Shown here piece by piece: positions 8,292 through 16,521 of a stretch of 32,000 nucleotides of DNA. The notes under the pieces were generated by a model. The model saw nothing but the letters and a program-made list of their open reading frames with translations, was not told the DNA's origin and did no database searches. Source of the DNA: Sinorhizobium meliloti. Lineage in GTDB: Bacteria > Pseudomonadota > Alphaproteobacteria > Rhizobiales > Rhizobiaceae. The position numbers and the translations under genes are program-made. Location: contig NZ_JAGIOS010000001.1 in the NCBI RefSeq assembly GCF_017876815.1, positions 2,760,001 to 2,792,000 of the forward strand, written 5' to 3'. The number at the start of each line of letters is the position of its first letter. The stretch's first letter is position 1.

Positions 8292-8323
8292 GCGGACCAT
8301 CGCCTTCAGAGGCGATGGTCCGC
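8292..8323 (+). terminator. Hairpin terminator after the first secreted-protein gene
   Basis: A 13-bp perfect stem (gcggaccatcgcc / ggcgatggtccgc) has a 6-nt loop. The downstream T tract is weak. Confidence 0.55.
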
Positions 8324-8565
8324 CGCTGTATGCTCTTTCAGTCCAAGGACGCGCCACGATGCCGCCCCGGTGGTGGGGGGGGGCGGTCAAGTTACAGTTA
8401 TGTAATGAGCATCACTCTTGGATGAGCAAAAGTGACAAATCGTCAAACGCTTTCGACCGGTGCCGGGTGTTATCTTGGTAACCGCAGCATCCGTAGGAGG
8501 CTCGTATGCTGAACAGTAGCATCCATTGGGAGGTGGGATGCCTAACGGACATAGGAGTTAATGCC

Positions 8566-8865
8566 ATGAGAGTTTCTCTGAAAACATCATTTGCTGCATT
8601 TGTCCTGTCATCCGCCTTGGTCGGTGCCGCGGTGCCAGCCTTTGCGGACAGCTATTATCAGGGCCTCGACCCGAACCACCCTCCGGGAACCCAGAACCAG
8701 GTACGCATGCCGGCGTCGCGTAACCTGCCTCCGTCTTCGGTCGACCCGACTGCAACGGGGAGTATCGACGGCGGCCGTATGATGTCTCCAAGCGGTACCT
8801 ACCAGGAGAGATACGACCCGGGTGAGGGCGACTACTATCGGGGCATTGTGCCGCCTAAACCGTAA
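8566..8865 (+). CDS. Small secreted Tyr/Pro-rich protein, paralogue of 7867-8256 with a single repeat unit (99 aa)
   Basis: The signal peptide is MRVSLKTSFAAFVLSSALVGAAVPAFA|DSYYQGLDPNHPPGTQN, with one SVDPTATGSI unit and GEGDYYRGIVPPKP at the C-terminus. The SD aggag precedes the ATG at 8566. An in-frame upstream ATG at 8506 also has a strong SD (aggagg). Confidence 0.7.
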   Translation: MRVSLKTSFAAFVLSSALVGAAVPAFADSYYQGLDPNHPPGTQNQVRMPASRNLPPSSVDPTATGSIDGGRMMSPSGTYQERYDPGEGDYYRGIVPPKP

Positions 8866-8977
8866 GGCGCGAAATCAGCTACTGCATGTTTCCTCGAGGC
8901 GCACCAGCTCAAGAGACGATGTATGCGGCGTAAAATGCGGCAGACCTTAGTCTCGCAGGAAGCGCGCACTGTAGCTC

Positions 8978-9012
8978 GGAAGGGGAGTGCGGAAAACCCG
9001 TACTCCCCTTCC
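8978..9012. terminator. Long hairpin between convergent genes (possible bidirectional terminator)
   Basis: The 11-bp arms ggaaggggagt / actccccttcc lie between the stop at 8865 (+) and the stop at 9046 (-). No U-tract is present. Confidence 0.4.
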
Positions 9013-9045
9013 GGCCGTCTTGATCTGCTGCGTTCGCCGGATCGA

Positions 9046-9543
9046 TTATTCCGGCCGCCCATTCTTCCAGGTGACCGATTGGCCATAGAGCGGGACCGTG
9101 GTGATCGACATCTTGGCCGATCCGTCGGTCAACTGCCTCGAATGCGCCAGATAGATCAGCGTGTCGTTGGCCTTGTCGTAGATGCGGGTCACCAGCAGGT
9201 TCTTCCAGATGAGAGACAGTCCGGAACGGAAGACTTCCTCTCCCTCCTTCGACAGGTCGATATCATCGATGGCGATGGGGCCGGTCTGGCGGCAGGCGAT
9301 GGAGTTGTTCGACGGATCCTCGAGCCAGTTGCCGTTCTTCAGGCGGTCGATGACGCTGCGATCGAAATAGGTGACGTGGCAGGTAACCCCGGTCACCTTC
9401 GGGTCGCTTACGGCATCGATCTTGATGTCGTTGCCGAGCCAGTCGACCCCGACCTGGCCAACGGTTTCGGCGTGGACCGGCGAAACCGCCGCGGCCGAGA
9501 CGGTGAGGCCGGCGACAAGCAAGGCACGGATGCGGCGCAACAT
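9046..9543 (-). CDS. creA: CreA family protein (periplasmic, signal peptide)
   Basis: MLRRIRALLVAGLTVSAAAVSPVHA|ETVGQVGVDW... resembles E. coli CreA along its length (VTCHVTYF, IACRQTGPI, EEVFRSGLSLIWKNLLVTRIYD). The SD ggagga precedes the ATG at 9543. Confidence 0.85.
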   Translation of the reverse strand: MLRRIRALLVAGLTVSAAAVSPVHAETVGQVGVDWLGNDIKIDAVSDPKVTGVTCHVTYFDRSVIDRLKNGNWLEDPSNNSIACRQTGPIAIDDIDLSKEGEEVFRSGLSLIWKNLLVTRIYDKANDTLIYLAHSRQLTDGSAKMSITTVPLYGQSVTWKNGRPE

Positions 9544-9646
9544 GAGTATCCTCCAATGAACTGCACCGTTCAGATAGGCAGCGGATGCTGCAATGCAAGC
9601 ACCGGCCGCCAGACCCGTCGATATGCAGGATCCATCGTGCGAGAAG

Positions 9647-10876
9647 TCACGCCGAGTGGCGCAGTTCCGACCGGGCGGCACGGGCTTCGCGCAATTGCGC
9701 GGCGGCTGCCGCAAGGGCGCGGGCGCTGGCGTCGATGCGGCGATCCCTTGCTACCGAGCAACGGTCGCGACCATCCGCCTTTGAGTCGTAGAGAGCAAGG
9801 TCGGCGCGTATCATCACGTCGGTAATCGTCTCGCCCGCAATGGCGGCGGCGATCCCGATGCTCACGGTCAGACGGATGCGCTGATGCGAGCGGCCGGCCG
9901 GCGTCTCACGCACCACGCGGCAGATATCCTCCGCAAGCGCCCTTGCCTGCTCTTCCGTGTGGTCCGGCAGGACGATGCCGAATTCCTCGCCACCGATCCG
10001 TCCGAGGACGCCCCGTCCGGCGAGGAAAGCCGAGACGGTATCGGCAAAATGCGCGAGCGCCATGTCGCCGCAGGCGTGCCCATACTGATCGTTGATTTGT
10101 TTGAAGAAATCGAGGTCGAGCAGCAGGAAGGCAGCCGGCTCCTGGCGTGCCACGCACTCGGCGAAGATCCGCTCGCCCTCTTCCATGAGCGTCCCGCGTG
10201 ACAGCGCACCGGTCAAGCCGTCGCGTGCGATCATGGCCCTCAATCCGGCGATGACCCGGGCCTGCATCGTGAGGATCATGGCCAGGAAGAGGAGGGGAAG
10301 GCACAGCACCCGCATGGTGACGAGCAGGAAATCGAACAGGCTCGAAGCGGGCGAGCCCGCCGGTCCCGGCAAGACGTGCGCCGATGGGCCGAGGGCATGG
10401 GCAAGGGCGGTGAAAACCACGGCGGCGGAGCCGACGACAACGACCTGGATCGCCGGCTTTTCGCCCGGCCAGCGGTCGGCTGCGGCCAGACCAAGGACGA
10501 GAAGTAGAGCTGCGACAACGCCCGCAACGACGATCATGCCGGCGGCCGGGCTGTCGTGGCCGCCGAGAGCGATGATGAAGCCGAGCACGCCGCTCGAGAA
10601 CGCGAGCACCAGACAAAGCGAGGCCGGAATCGACAATGCGAGGAACCGGCGGAGGCCCTGGAGGACGAAAAACAGGGAAACGGCGAGACCCGCATAGCCG
10701 AACATTGCGGCGACCGGCGCCTGCAACGCCGCCGCAACCGTCAAGGCGCCTGCCGACGCTGCCGAGAGTGCGCAACTGGCGGAGAACTCCCGAACACCGG
10801 CAACCGGCCGCAGAGAAAGGAGAACGGGTAGCATGGCAAGAAGTGCGATGACCGGTATGGCGGAGAGAAAGCTCAT
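9647..10876 (-). CDS. Membrane-anchored diguanylate cyclase (multi-TM N-terminal domain plus GGDEF)
   Basis: The C-terminal GGDEF domain has an intact active site (RIGGEEFGIVL). The N-terminal half consists of about 7-8 hydrophobic helices. The start is uncertain (10876, 10927 or 10957). Confidence 0.9.
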   Translation of the reverse strand: MSFLSAIPVIALLAMLPVLLSLRPVAGVREFSASCALSAASAGALTVAAALQAPVAAMFGYAGLAVSLFFVLQGLRRFLALSIPASLCLVLAFSSGVLGFIIALGGHDSPAAGMIVVAGVVAALLLVLGLAAADRWPGEKPAIQVVVVGSAAVVFTALAHALGPSAHVLPGPAGSPASSLFDFLLVTMRVLCLPLLFLAMILTMQARVIAGLRAMIARDGLTGALSRGTLMEEGERIFAECVARQEPAAFLLLDLDFFKQINDQYGHACGDMALAHFADTVSAFLAGRGVLGRIGGEEFGIVLPDHTEEQARALAEDICRVVRETPAGRSHQRIRLTVSIGIAAAIAGETITDVMIRADLALYDSKADGRDRCSVARDRRIDASARALAAAAAQLREARAARSELRHSA

Positions 10877-11049
10877 TTCGAAACGGCCTGTCGTGCTAAA
10901 ATAAAGTGCGGCTTGCGTTTCAGCCATTATGCGAGGCCATTGGTAACGATGGCGCATTAACGAAAGCTGGCGAAATTCGCTGCAATTTGAGCGATCACTC
11001 TCTCCATAGTTGTGGCGATCGGTCGCAGAGCTTTTCAGGGAGCGGTGTC

Positions 11050-11760
11050 ATGGCCCAGGAAGGCATATCCTTTGCAGACATACCCTTTGCAGACAGGGCC
11101 GATGCGGGTCGAAGGCTTGCTCGCGTCATCGAAGCGCATCTCACCGAGAAAGCGGACTTCGCCGACCCGCTCGTGATGGCCTTGCCGCGCGGCGGCGTAC
11201 CGGTCGCCTTCGAGGTGGCAAGAACTCTCGGCGCGTCCCTCGAGCTCCTCATCGTTCGCAAGATCGGCGCACCGGGTCATCCCGAATTCGGTCTCGGAGC
11301 GCTGGTCGACAGCGACGAACCGCAGGTCGTGCTCAATGCCGAGGCAATGCGTATCGCGAACCCTTCCGAGAAGTACGTTCAGGCGGAGACCGAGCGGCAA
11401 AGGCTCGAACTCGCGCGACGCCGCGTCCTCTATCTGGGCGACCAGGCGCGAATTTCTCCAAGCGGTCGCAATGTCATCATTGTCGACGACGGCATTGCCA
11501 CGGGCGGAACGGCCAAAGCTGCGGCGAAAGCCCTGCGGCAGGCAGGTGCCGCGGCACTAATGCTCGCCGTGCCGGTCGCCCCGAAGAGCGCGATCGCAAG
11601 CCTGGGGGACGACGTGGACCGGCTCGTCTGTCTCGCCAGCCCCACCCCTTTCCATGCCGTCAGCATCTATTACGACGATTTCGAGCAGACCACGGATGCC
11701 GAGGTGATCGCGCTGTTGAGGCAGGCGAGGGGCGGTGACACAGGCTTCGGGCAAAGATAG
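11050..11760 (+). CDS. Phosphoribosyltransferase family protein
   Basis: The PRPP-binding motif is VIIVDDGIATGGT. The SD gggag precedes the ATG at 11050 (MAQEGISFADIPF...). Confidence 0.85.
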   Translation: MAQEGISFADIPFADRADAGRRLARVIEAHLTEKADFADPLVMALPRGGVPVAFEVARTLGASLELLIVRKIGAPGHPEFGLGALVDSDEPQVVLNAEAMRIANPSEKYVQAETERQRLELARRRVLYLGDQARISPSGRNVIIVDDGIATGGTAKAAAKALRQAGAAALMLAVPVAPKSAIASLGDDVDRLVCLASPTPFHAVSIYYDDFEQTTDAEVIALLRQARGGDTGFGQR

Positions 11761-11796
11761 TTGTAATGCGCCTGAACTTGCGAACGAGGATTGAGA

Positions 11797-12258
11797 ATGT
11801 CCGACTATCTTGCCATACGCCCGGTAACGCGCCTCGACTATGAGCAGTGGCTGCCGCTTTGGGACGGCTACAACGCCTTTTACGGCCGAGCCGGCGAAAC
11901 CGCGCTCCATCCCGACATCACCCGGATGACCTGGTCCCGCTTCTTCGATGCCTATGAGCCGATGCATGCGCTGGTCGCCGAAAGCGAGGGGCGGCTCATC
12001 GGACTGACGCACTACATTTTTCACCGCAGCACGACGTCGATCCAGCCGAATTGCTATCTGCAGGACCTTTTCACCGATGAGGCCGCCCGCGGCAAGGGAG
12101 TCGGCCGGGCGCTCATCAACGGAGTCTACGAAGCGGCGAAACGCGTGGGGTCGCCGCGTGTCTATTGGCTGACCCACGAGACCAACTACACGGCGATGCA
12201 GCTCTACGACAAGGTGGCCGAGAAGTCGGGCTTCGTTATGTATCGAAAGATGTTTTGA
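11797..12258 (+). CDS. GNAT family N-acetyltransferase
   Basis: The acetyl-CoA motif is DLFTDEAARGKGVGRALI. The SD gagga lies 6 nt before the ATG at 11797. Confidence 0.85.
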   Translation: MSDYLAIRPVTRLDYEQWLPLWDGYNAFYGRAGETALHPDITRMTWSRFFDAYEPMHALVAESEGRLIGLTHYIFHRSTTSIQPNCYLQDLFTDEAARGKGVGRALINGVYEAAKRVGSPRVYWLTHETNYTAMQLYDKVAEKSGFVMYRKMF

Positions 12259-12307
12259 GGCCGACAAGGTAGAGCGGAAAACCGCTGCACGGTTTTCCCG
12301 GAAGTGC

Positions 12308-14881
12308 TCACACCCGTTCTACGAACCCATCCAGCACGCGCTTCTGCCCGGCGCGGTCGAAATCGATCGTCAGCTTGTTGCCCTCGATCGCCGCGATGTT
12401 GCCGTTGCCGAACTTGATGTGGAAGACCCGGTCGCCGACATTGAAGCGGGAGGGCTCGGCGCTCGTCGACTTGGCGACGAGCTCGCCTTCGATGGTGCGG
12501 GTGCGGGGGCCCGATTCGCCGTAACCGATGCGTTCGATGGCGTGGCCGGAGCGGGTGCCCCAGTTGTCTCGGGTGGCCTCCGACCGGTGCTGCTGGGCGC
12601 GTTTCCAGCCGGGCGTCTGGTAATTGTTCTCGAAGGGATCGGCCTTGTCGAAGCGCGACTGGCCGTAACCGCCGCGACCGTAACCGCCATAGGAGACCTC
12701 CTGTTCGGCCACTTCCACATGAGCGATCGGCAACTCGTCGAGGAAGCGCGAGGGAAGCGTCGATTGCCAGAGGCCGTGGATGCGGCGGTTCGAAACGAAC
12801 CAGATATGACAGCGGCGCTTGGCACGGGTGATGCCGACATAGGCGAGGCGGCGCTCCTCCTCCAGACCTGCGCGGCCGCCTTCATCCAGGGCGCGCTGAT
12901 GCGGGAAGAGCCCTTCCTCCCACCCCGGCAGGAAGACGGTGTCGAATTCCAGCCCCTTGGCCGAATGCAGCGTCATGATGGAGACGGCATCCATATTCTC
13001 GTTCTGCTCGGCGTCCATCACCAGCGCGACGTGCTCGAGAAAGCCGCGCATGGACTCGAAGGCTTCCATCGAACGAATGAGCTCCTTCAGGTTTTCGAGG
13101 CGCCCGGGCGCTTCCGCCGATTTGTCGGCCTGCCACATGGCGGTATAGCCGCTCTCGTCGAGGATCCGCTCTGCAAGTTCGGTGTGCGGCGTCGTTTCGA
13201 GCAATGTCTGCCAGCGGCGGAAATCGGCGACGACGTCGAAGAGGCCCTTGCGAGCCTTCGGCTTCAATTCGTCCGTCTCGACGATGTCGCTTGCCGCGGC
13301 CAGCATCGGGATGTCGCGGGCCCGGGCATAGTCGTGCAGGGTGCGGACGGTCGTCTCGCCGAGGCCGCGCTTCGGCGTGTTGACGATCCGCTCGAAGGCG
13401 AGGTCGTCGGCGGGCTGGCAGACGAGGCGGAAATAGGCCATGGCATCGCGGATTTCGAGCCGCTCATAGAAGCGAGGGCCGCCGATGACGCGATAGTTGA
13501 GGCCGAGCGTGACGAAGCGGTCTTCGAATTCGCGCATCTGGAAAGAGGCGCGCACGAGGATCGATATGTCGTTCAGATTGTGCTTCTTGCGCTGGAGCTG
13601 CTCGATCTCTTCGCCGATCGCGCGAGCCTCCTCCTCGGAGTCCCAGGCGGCATGAACATGCACCTTCTCGTCGTCGGGATTCGTGCGCTCGGTAAAGAGC
13701 GTCTTGCCGAGCCGGCCCTCGTTATGGGCAATCAGATGCGCCGCCGCGCCGAGGATATGCTCGGTCGAGCGGTAGTTGCGCTCCAGCTTGATGACCTTGG
13801 CGCCGGGGAAATCCTTCTCGAAGCGGAGAATGTTGTCCACCTCGGCGCCGCGCCAGCCGTAGATCGACTGGTCGTCGTCGCCGACGCAGCAGATGTTGAC
13901 GGTGGGTTGCCCCTCACCCCGGCCCTCTCCCCGTTCTGACGGGGAGAGGGGGGATTGCGAACGCGCCGCTTGTCCCTTCTCCCCGTCGGACGGGGAGAAG
14001 GTGGCCGGCAGGCCGGATGAGGGGCGATTTCGCGACGCTTGCGTCTGCTGGGCCAGCAGCCTCAGCCACATATATTGCGCCGTGTTGGTGTCCTGGTACT
14101 CGTCGACGAGGATGTAACGGAACTTGGCGTGATACTCCTTCAGCACGTCCGGATTGGCGCGGAACATGCGGATCGGATGCAGCAGCAGGTCGCCGAAATC
14201 GCAGGCATTCAGGGTCAGCAGCCGGTTCTGGTAGGCGGCATAGAGCTCGCGGCCCTTGCCGTTGGCAAAAGCGCGGGCATCGCCTTCCGGGATTTGCGAC
14301 GGGTCCAGGCCCTTGTTCTTCCAGGTGTCGATCATGCCGGCGAACTGCTTGGCCGGCCAGCGCTTGTCGTCGAGACCCTCCGCCTGGATGAGCTGCTTGA
14401 TGAGGCGAACGACGTCGTCGGTGTCGAGGATGGTGAAGTCGGACCGCAGGCCCACCAGCTCGGCATGGCGGCGGAGGAGCTTGACCCCGATCGAGTGGAA
14501 GGTGCCGAGCCAGGGCATGCCTTCGACGGCGTGGCCGACGAGCACGCCGATGCGCTCCTTCATTTCCCGCGCCGCCTTGTTGGTGAAGGTGACGGCGAGG
14601 ATCTGCGAGGGATAGGCGCGGCCGGTCGAAAGGATATGGGCGATCCGCGTCGTCAGAACGCGCGTCTTGCCGGTGCCGGCGCCGGCGAGCACGAGTACCG
14701 GACCTTCCAGCGCCTCGACTGCCTCCCGTTGCTCCGGATTGAGCCCGGAGACATAGTCCGGTCGCTGGGCCTTGTCGCGGGCGGCCATGGCGCGCGCGGC
14801 GATGCCGCCGTCGGCGGCCGCGGGTTTCCGCGGCGCGGGCTCCTCGTCGAAAAAGGGAATATCGTCAAAACCTTTGGTCAT
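12308..14881 (-). CDS. uvrD: ATP-dependent DNA helicase II (UvrD/PcrA/Rep superfamily 1), carrying a 48-codon repeat-derived insertion
   Basis: Helicase motifs present are Walker A (AGAGTGKT), motif II (ILVDEYQDTN), motif III (VGDDDQSIYGWRGAE), LERNYRST, and later VMTLHSAKGLEFD and RRLAYVGITRAK. There is also a C-terminal Tudor-like tail (GDRVFHIKFGNGNI). Confidence 0.95.
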   Translation of the reverse strand: MTKGFDDIPFFDEEPAPRKPAAADGGIAARAMAARDKAQRPDYVSGLNPEQREAVEALEGPVLVLAGAGTGKTRVLTTRIAHILSTGRAYPSQILAVTFTNKAAREMKERIGVLVGHAVEGMPWLGTFHSIGVKLLRRHAELVGLRSDFTILDTDDVVRLIKQLIQAEGLDDKRWPAKQFAGMIDTWKNKGLDPSQIPEGDARAFANGKGRELYAAYQNRLLTLNACDFGDLLLHPIRMFRANPDVLKEYHAKFRYILVDEYQDTNTAQYMWLRLLAQQTQASRNRPSSGLPATFSPSDGEKGQAARSQSPLSPSERGEGRGEGQPTVNICCVGDDDQSIYGWRGAEVDNILRFEKDFPGAKVIKLERNYRSTEHILGAAAHLIAHNEGRLGKTLFTERTNPDDEKVHVHAAWDSEEEARAIGEEIEQLQRKKHNLNDISILVRASFQMREFEDRFVTLGLNYRVIGGPRFYERLEIRDAMAYFRLVCQPADDLAFERIVNTPKRGLGETTVRTLHDYARARDIPMLAAASDIVETDELKPKARKGLFDVVADFRRWQTLLETTPHTELAERILDESGYTAMWQADKSAEAPGRLENLKELIRSMEAFESMRGFLEHVALVMDAEQNENMDAVSIMTLHSAKGLEFDTVFLPGWEEGLFPHQRALDEGGRAGLEEERRLAYVGITRAKRRCHIWFVSNRRIHGLWQSTLPSRFLDELPIAHVEVAEQEVSYGGYGRGGYGQSRFDKADPFENNYQTPGWKRAQQHRSEATRDNWGTRSGHAIERIGYGESGPRTRTIEGELVAKSTSAEPSRFNVGDRVFHIKFGNGNIAAIEGNKLTIDFDRAGQKRVLDGFVERV
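13901..14044. repeat. RIME-like two-hairpin mosaic element inserted in frame within uvrD
   Basis: The terminal inverted 8-mers are GCCCCTCA (13909-13916) and TGAGGGGC (14018-14025). The hairpins are ccctctccccgt-tctg-acggggagaggg (13923-13950) and ccttctccccg-tcgga-cggggagaagg (13975-14001). The segment gccgcttgtcccttctcccc...ggggagaaggtg.ccggcagg.ggatgaggggcg is nearly identical to the intergenic copy at 27300-27358. Confidence 0.85.
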
Positions 14882-14924
14882 GCGGCCCAATGTAGTGATT
14901 CGGGACCGAAAGGCCAGAAAGGAT

Positions 14925-14939
14925 GTTCTTCTTTTATTC
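14925..14939 (-). promoter_or_regulatory. Possible alphaproteobacterial LexA (SOS) box, 7 of 8 match
   Basis: On the uvrD sense strand it reads GAAT-N7-GAAC, against the consensus GAAC-N7-GAAC. It lies 44-58 nt upstream of the uvrD ATG. Confidence 0.25.
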
Positions 14940-15006
14940 CGAAACCTTCACCCACCCGGGCAGGCCTGTGGAAAGACTGATGTTTTCAGGCCGGCATGCC
15001 GACATT

Positions 15007-15417
15007 TTATGTTCTGCCGGACGCGTCGAACACCGGATCGACCGGCACCTGCAGGGCCGTCGCGAGCTGGTTGGTCTTGGCGGCAAGCGAAATGACGCGC
15101 AGGAGATCCGCGTGCTCGGCGTCCGTCATTCCCTTGGCCCTGGCGGCGGCGGTATGGGAATGAATGCAGTAGCCGCAGCCATTGGTCACGGAAACGGCGA
15201 TATAGAGCATCTCCTTCACCAGTGGGTCGAGCGGCGAAGGCGTCGCCATCACCGCCTTGACCTCCGCCCAGGTCCGCTCCAGCAGATCGGGGTCGAAGGC
15301 GAGCCAGAGCCACATATTGTTGATGAAGTCCGATTTCCGGGTCGCGCGGATGTCGTCGAAGACGGCCTTGACGCGTGGGTCGGATTCGGGACCGGATGGC
15401 GGCGCAACAGTGCTCAT
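15007..15417 (-). CDS. Carboxymuconolactone decarboxylase / AhpD-like family protein
   Basis: The AhpD-type CxxC motif is GCGYCIHSH. The ATG at 15417 (MSTVAPPSG...) follows the upstream gene's stop by 16 nt and has a ggag SD. Confidence 0.85.
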   Translation of the reverse strand: MSTVAPPSGPESDPRVKAVFDDIRATRKSDFINNMWLWLAFDPDLLERTWAEVKAVMATPSPLDPLVKEMLYIAVSVTNGCGYCIHSHTAAARAKGMTDAEHADLLRVISLAAKTNQLATALQVPVDPVFDASGRT

Positions 15418-15433
15418 GCTTGCTCCATGCGTT

Positions 15434-16255
15434 TCAAACGAGAGCGAAGACGCGGGCCGGGCCGCCGGTGCCGCCGCGGTGCTTGGGCGCGCCGAGGACC
15501 AGCGTCGCGCCCTTCGCCGGCAGCTTGTCGAGATTGGCGGCCGCCTCGAGCCCCCAGCGGCCTTCCGGCAGCCAGGCGTAGTGGGCGGCGAAATCGGGTG
15601 AGATGCCGTGGTCGAGCGAGAGCGTATCGACGGCAATGCCGGCTGCCCTCGTGTCCTCGATCAGGAACTTGGCTGCTTCGACGTGAAAGCCGGGGAAATG
15701 CATCTTTCCAGCCGTGTCGGCATTGCGGAACTTGTCGCTGCCGAGATGATCCGACCAGCCCGACAGCATGGCGACGCAGGCGTTCTCGGGAATGTCCCCG
15801 TTGGCGGCGATCCACGCTTTGATGTCGTCCGGCGTCAGCTGCGCATCCGGATCGGCGGCCGCCTTCTCGCGGATGTCGACGACGCAGAGCGGCACGATCA
15901 GCTTGTCGAGGGGCAGCTCCGCCACCGAAAGGCCGTCGGCGGAGAAGTGCAGCGGCGCGTCGACATGAGTACCGGTGTGCTCGTTCACCCGAAGTTCGAA
16001 CAGGTTGAACTTGTGTTCGGCATATTTGAACTTCTGCTCCCGGAAGAATTGCTGCTGGCCGAAGAAGGTCGGAAACTCCTCATGAAGTTCATGGGTGAGA
16101 TCGGTGACGCTGCCGTGGCCGGCGGCAAGCGCCGGAGGTACGATTCCCATGCCGGCGGCGGCAATGCCTGCCGTACCGACCGCGGCCGCACGGAGCAAAC
16201 CGCGCCGCGACACCATCCGCTGCTTGACCGATTCGATGACGCATGCATCGCACAT
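15434..16255 (-). CDS. Cyclase family protein (kynurenine formamidase-like metal hydrolase) with a Tat signal peptide
   Basis: The HxGTHxDxPxH motif is NEHTGTHVDAPLHF. The twin-arginine signal is MVSRRGLLRAAAVGTAGIAAAGMG. The SD gggag precedes the ATG at 16255. Confidence 0.85.
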   Translation of the reverse strand: MCDACVIESVKQRMVSRRGLLRAAAVGTAGIAAAGMGIVPPALAAGHGSVTDLTHELHEEFPTFFGQQQFFREQKFKYAEHKFNLFELRVNEHTGTHVDAPLHFSADGLSVAELPLDKLIVPLCVVDIREKAAADPDAQLTPDDIKAWIAANGDIPENACVAMLSGWSDHLGSDKFRNADTAGKMHFPGFHVEAAKFLIEDTRAAGIAVDTLSLDHGISPDFAAHYAWLPEGRWGLEAAANLDKLPAKGATLVLGAPKHRGGTGGPARVFALV

Positions 16256-16521
16256 TGCCGTCTCCCTTCGTGTCGAGAGCCGGCCCGAAACAGCCGCCGG
16301 CGACGAACAGAATAACCGAGCCACGCAAGCTGTAAACATGCCGCCGCCTCACCGCCGGCGTGTGCGTTTCAGGACGGGCGCAAGCGCCATCATGCCGCCA
16401 CCAAAATCGCTTTTGTTACAATTGCGTAATGATGCCATTCCGAGATTGCCCGGACGTCTGCAAACAACGATAATCAGCGCAAATCGGAACGTTCCATCGG
16501 GTGCGCGCCTCGTTGGAGCGC

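Noticed and set aside
8506-8565. An upstream in-frame ATG at 8506 with a strong SD would add 20 residues to the second secreted paralogue.
   Set aside because: The extension (MLNSSIHWEVGCLTDIGVNA) would bury the signal peptide. Homology with the first paralogue starts exactly at the Met at 8566, which has its own SD. It is kept as an alternative start only.
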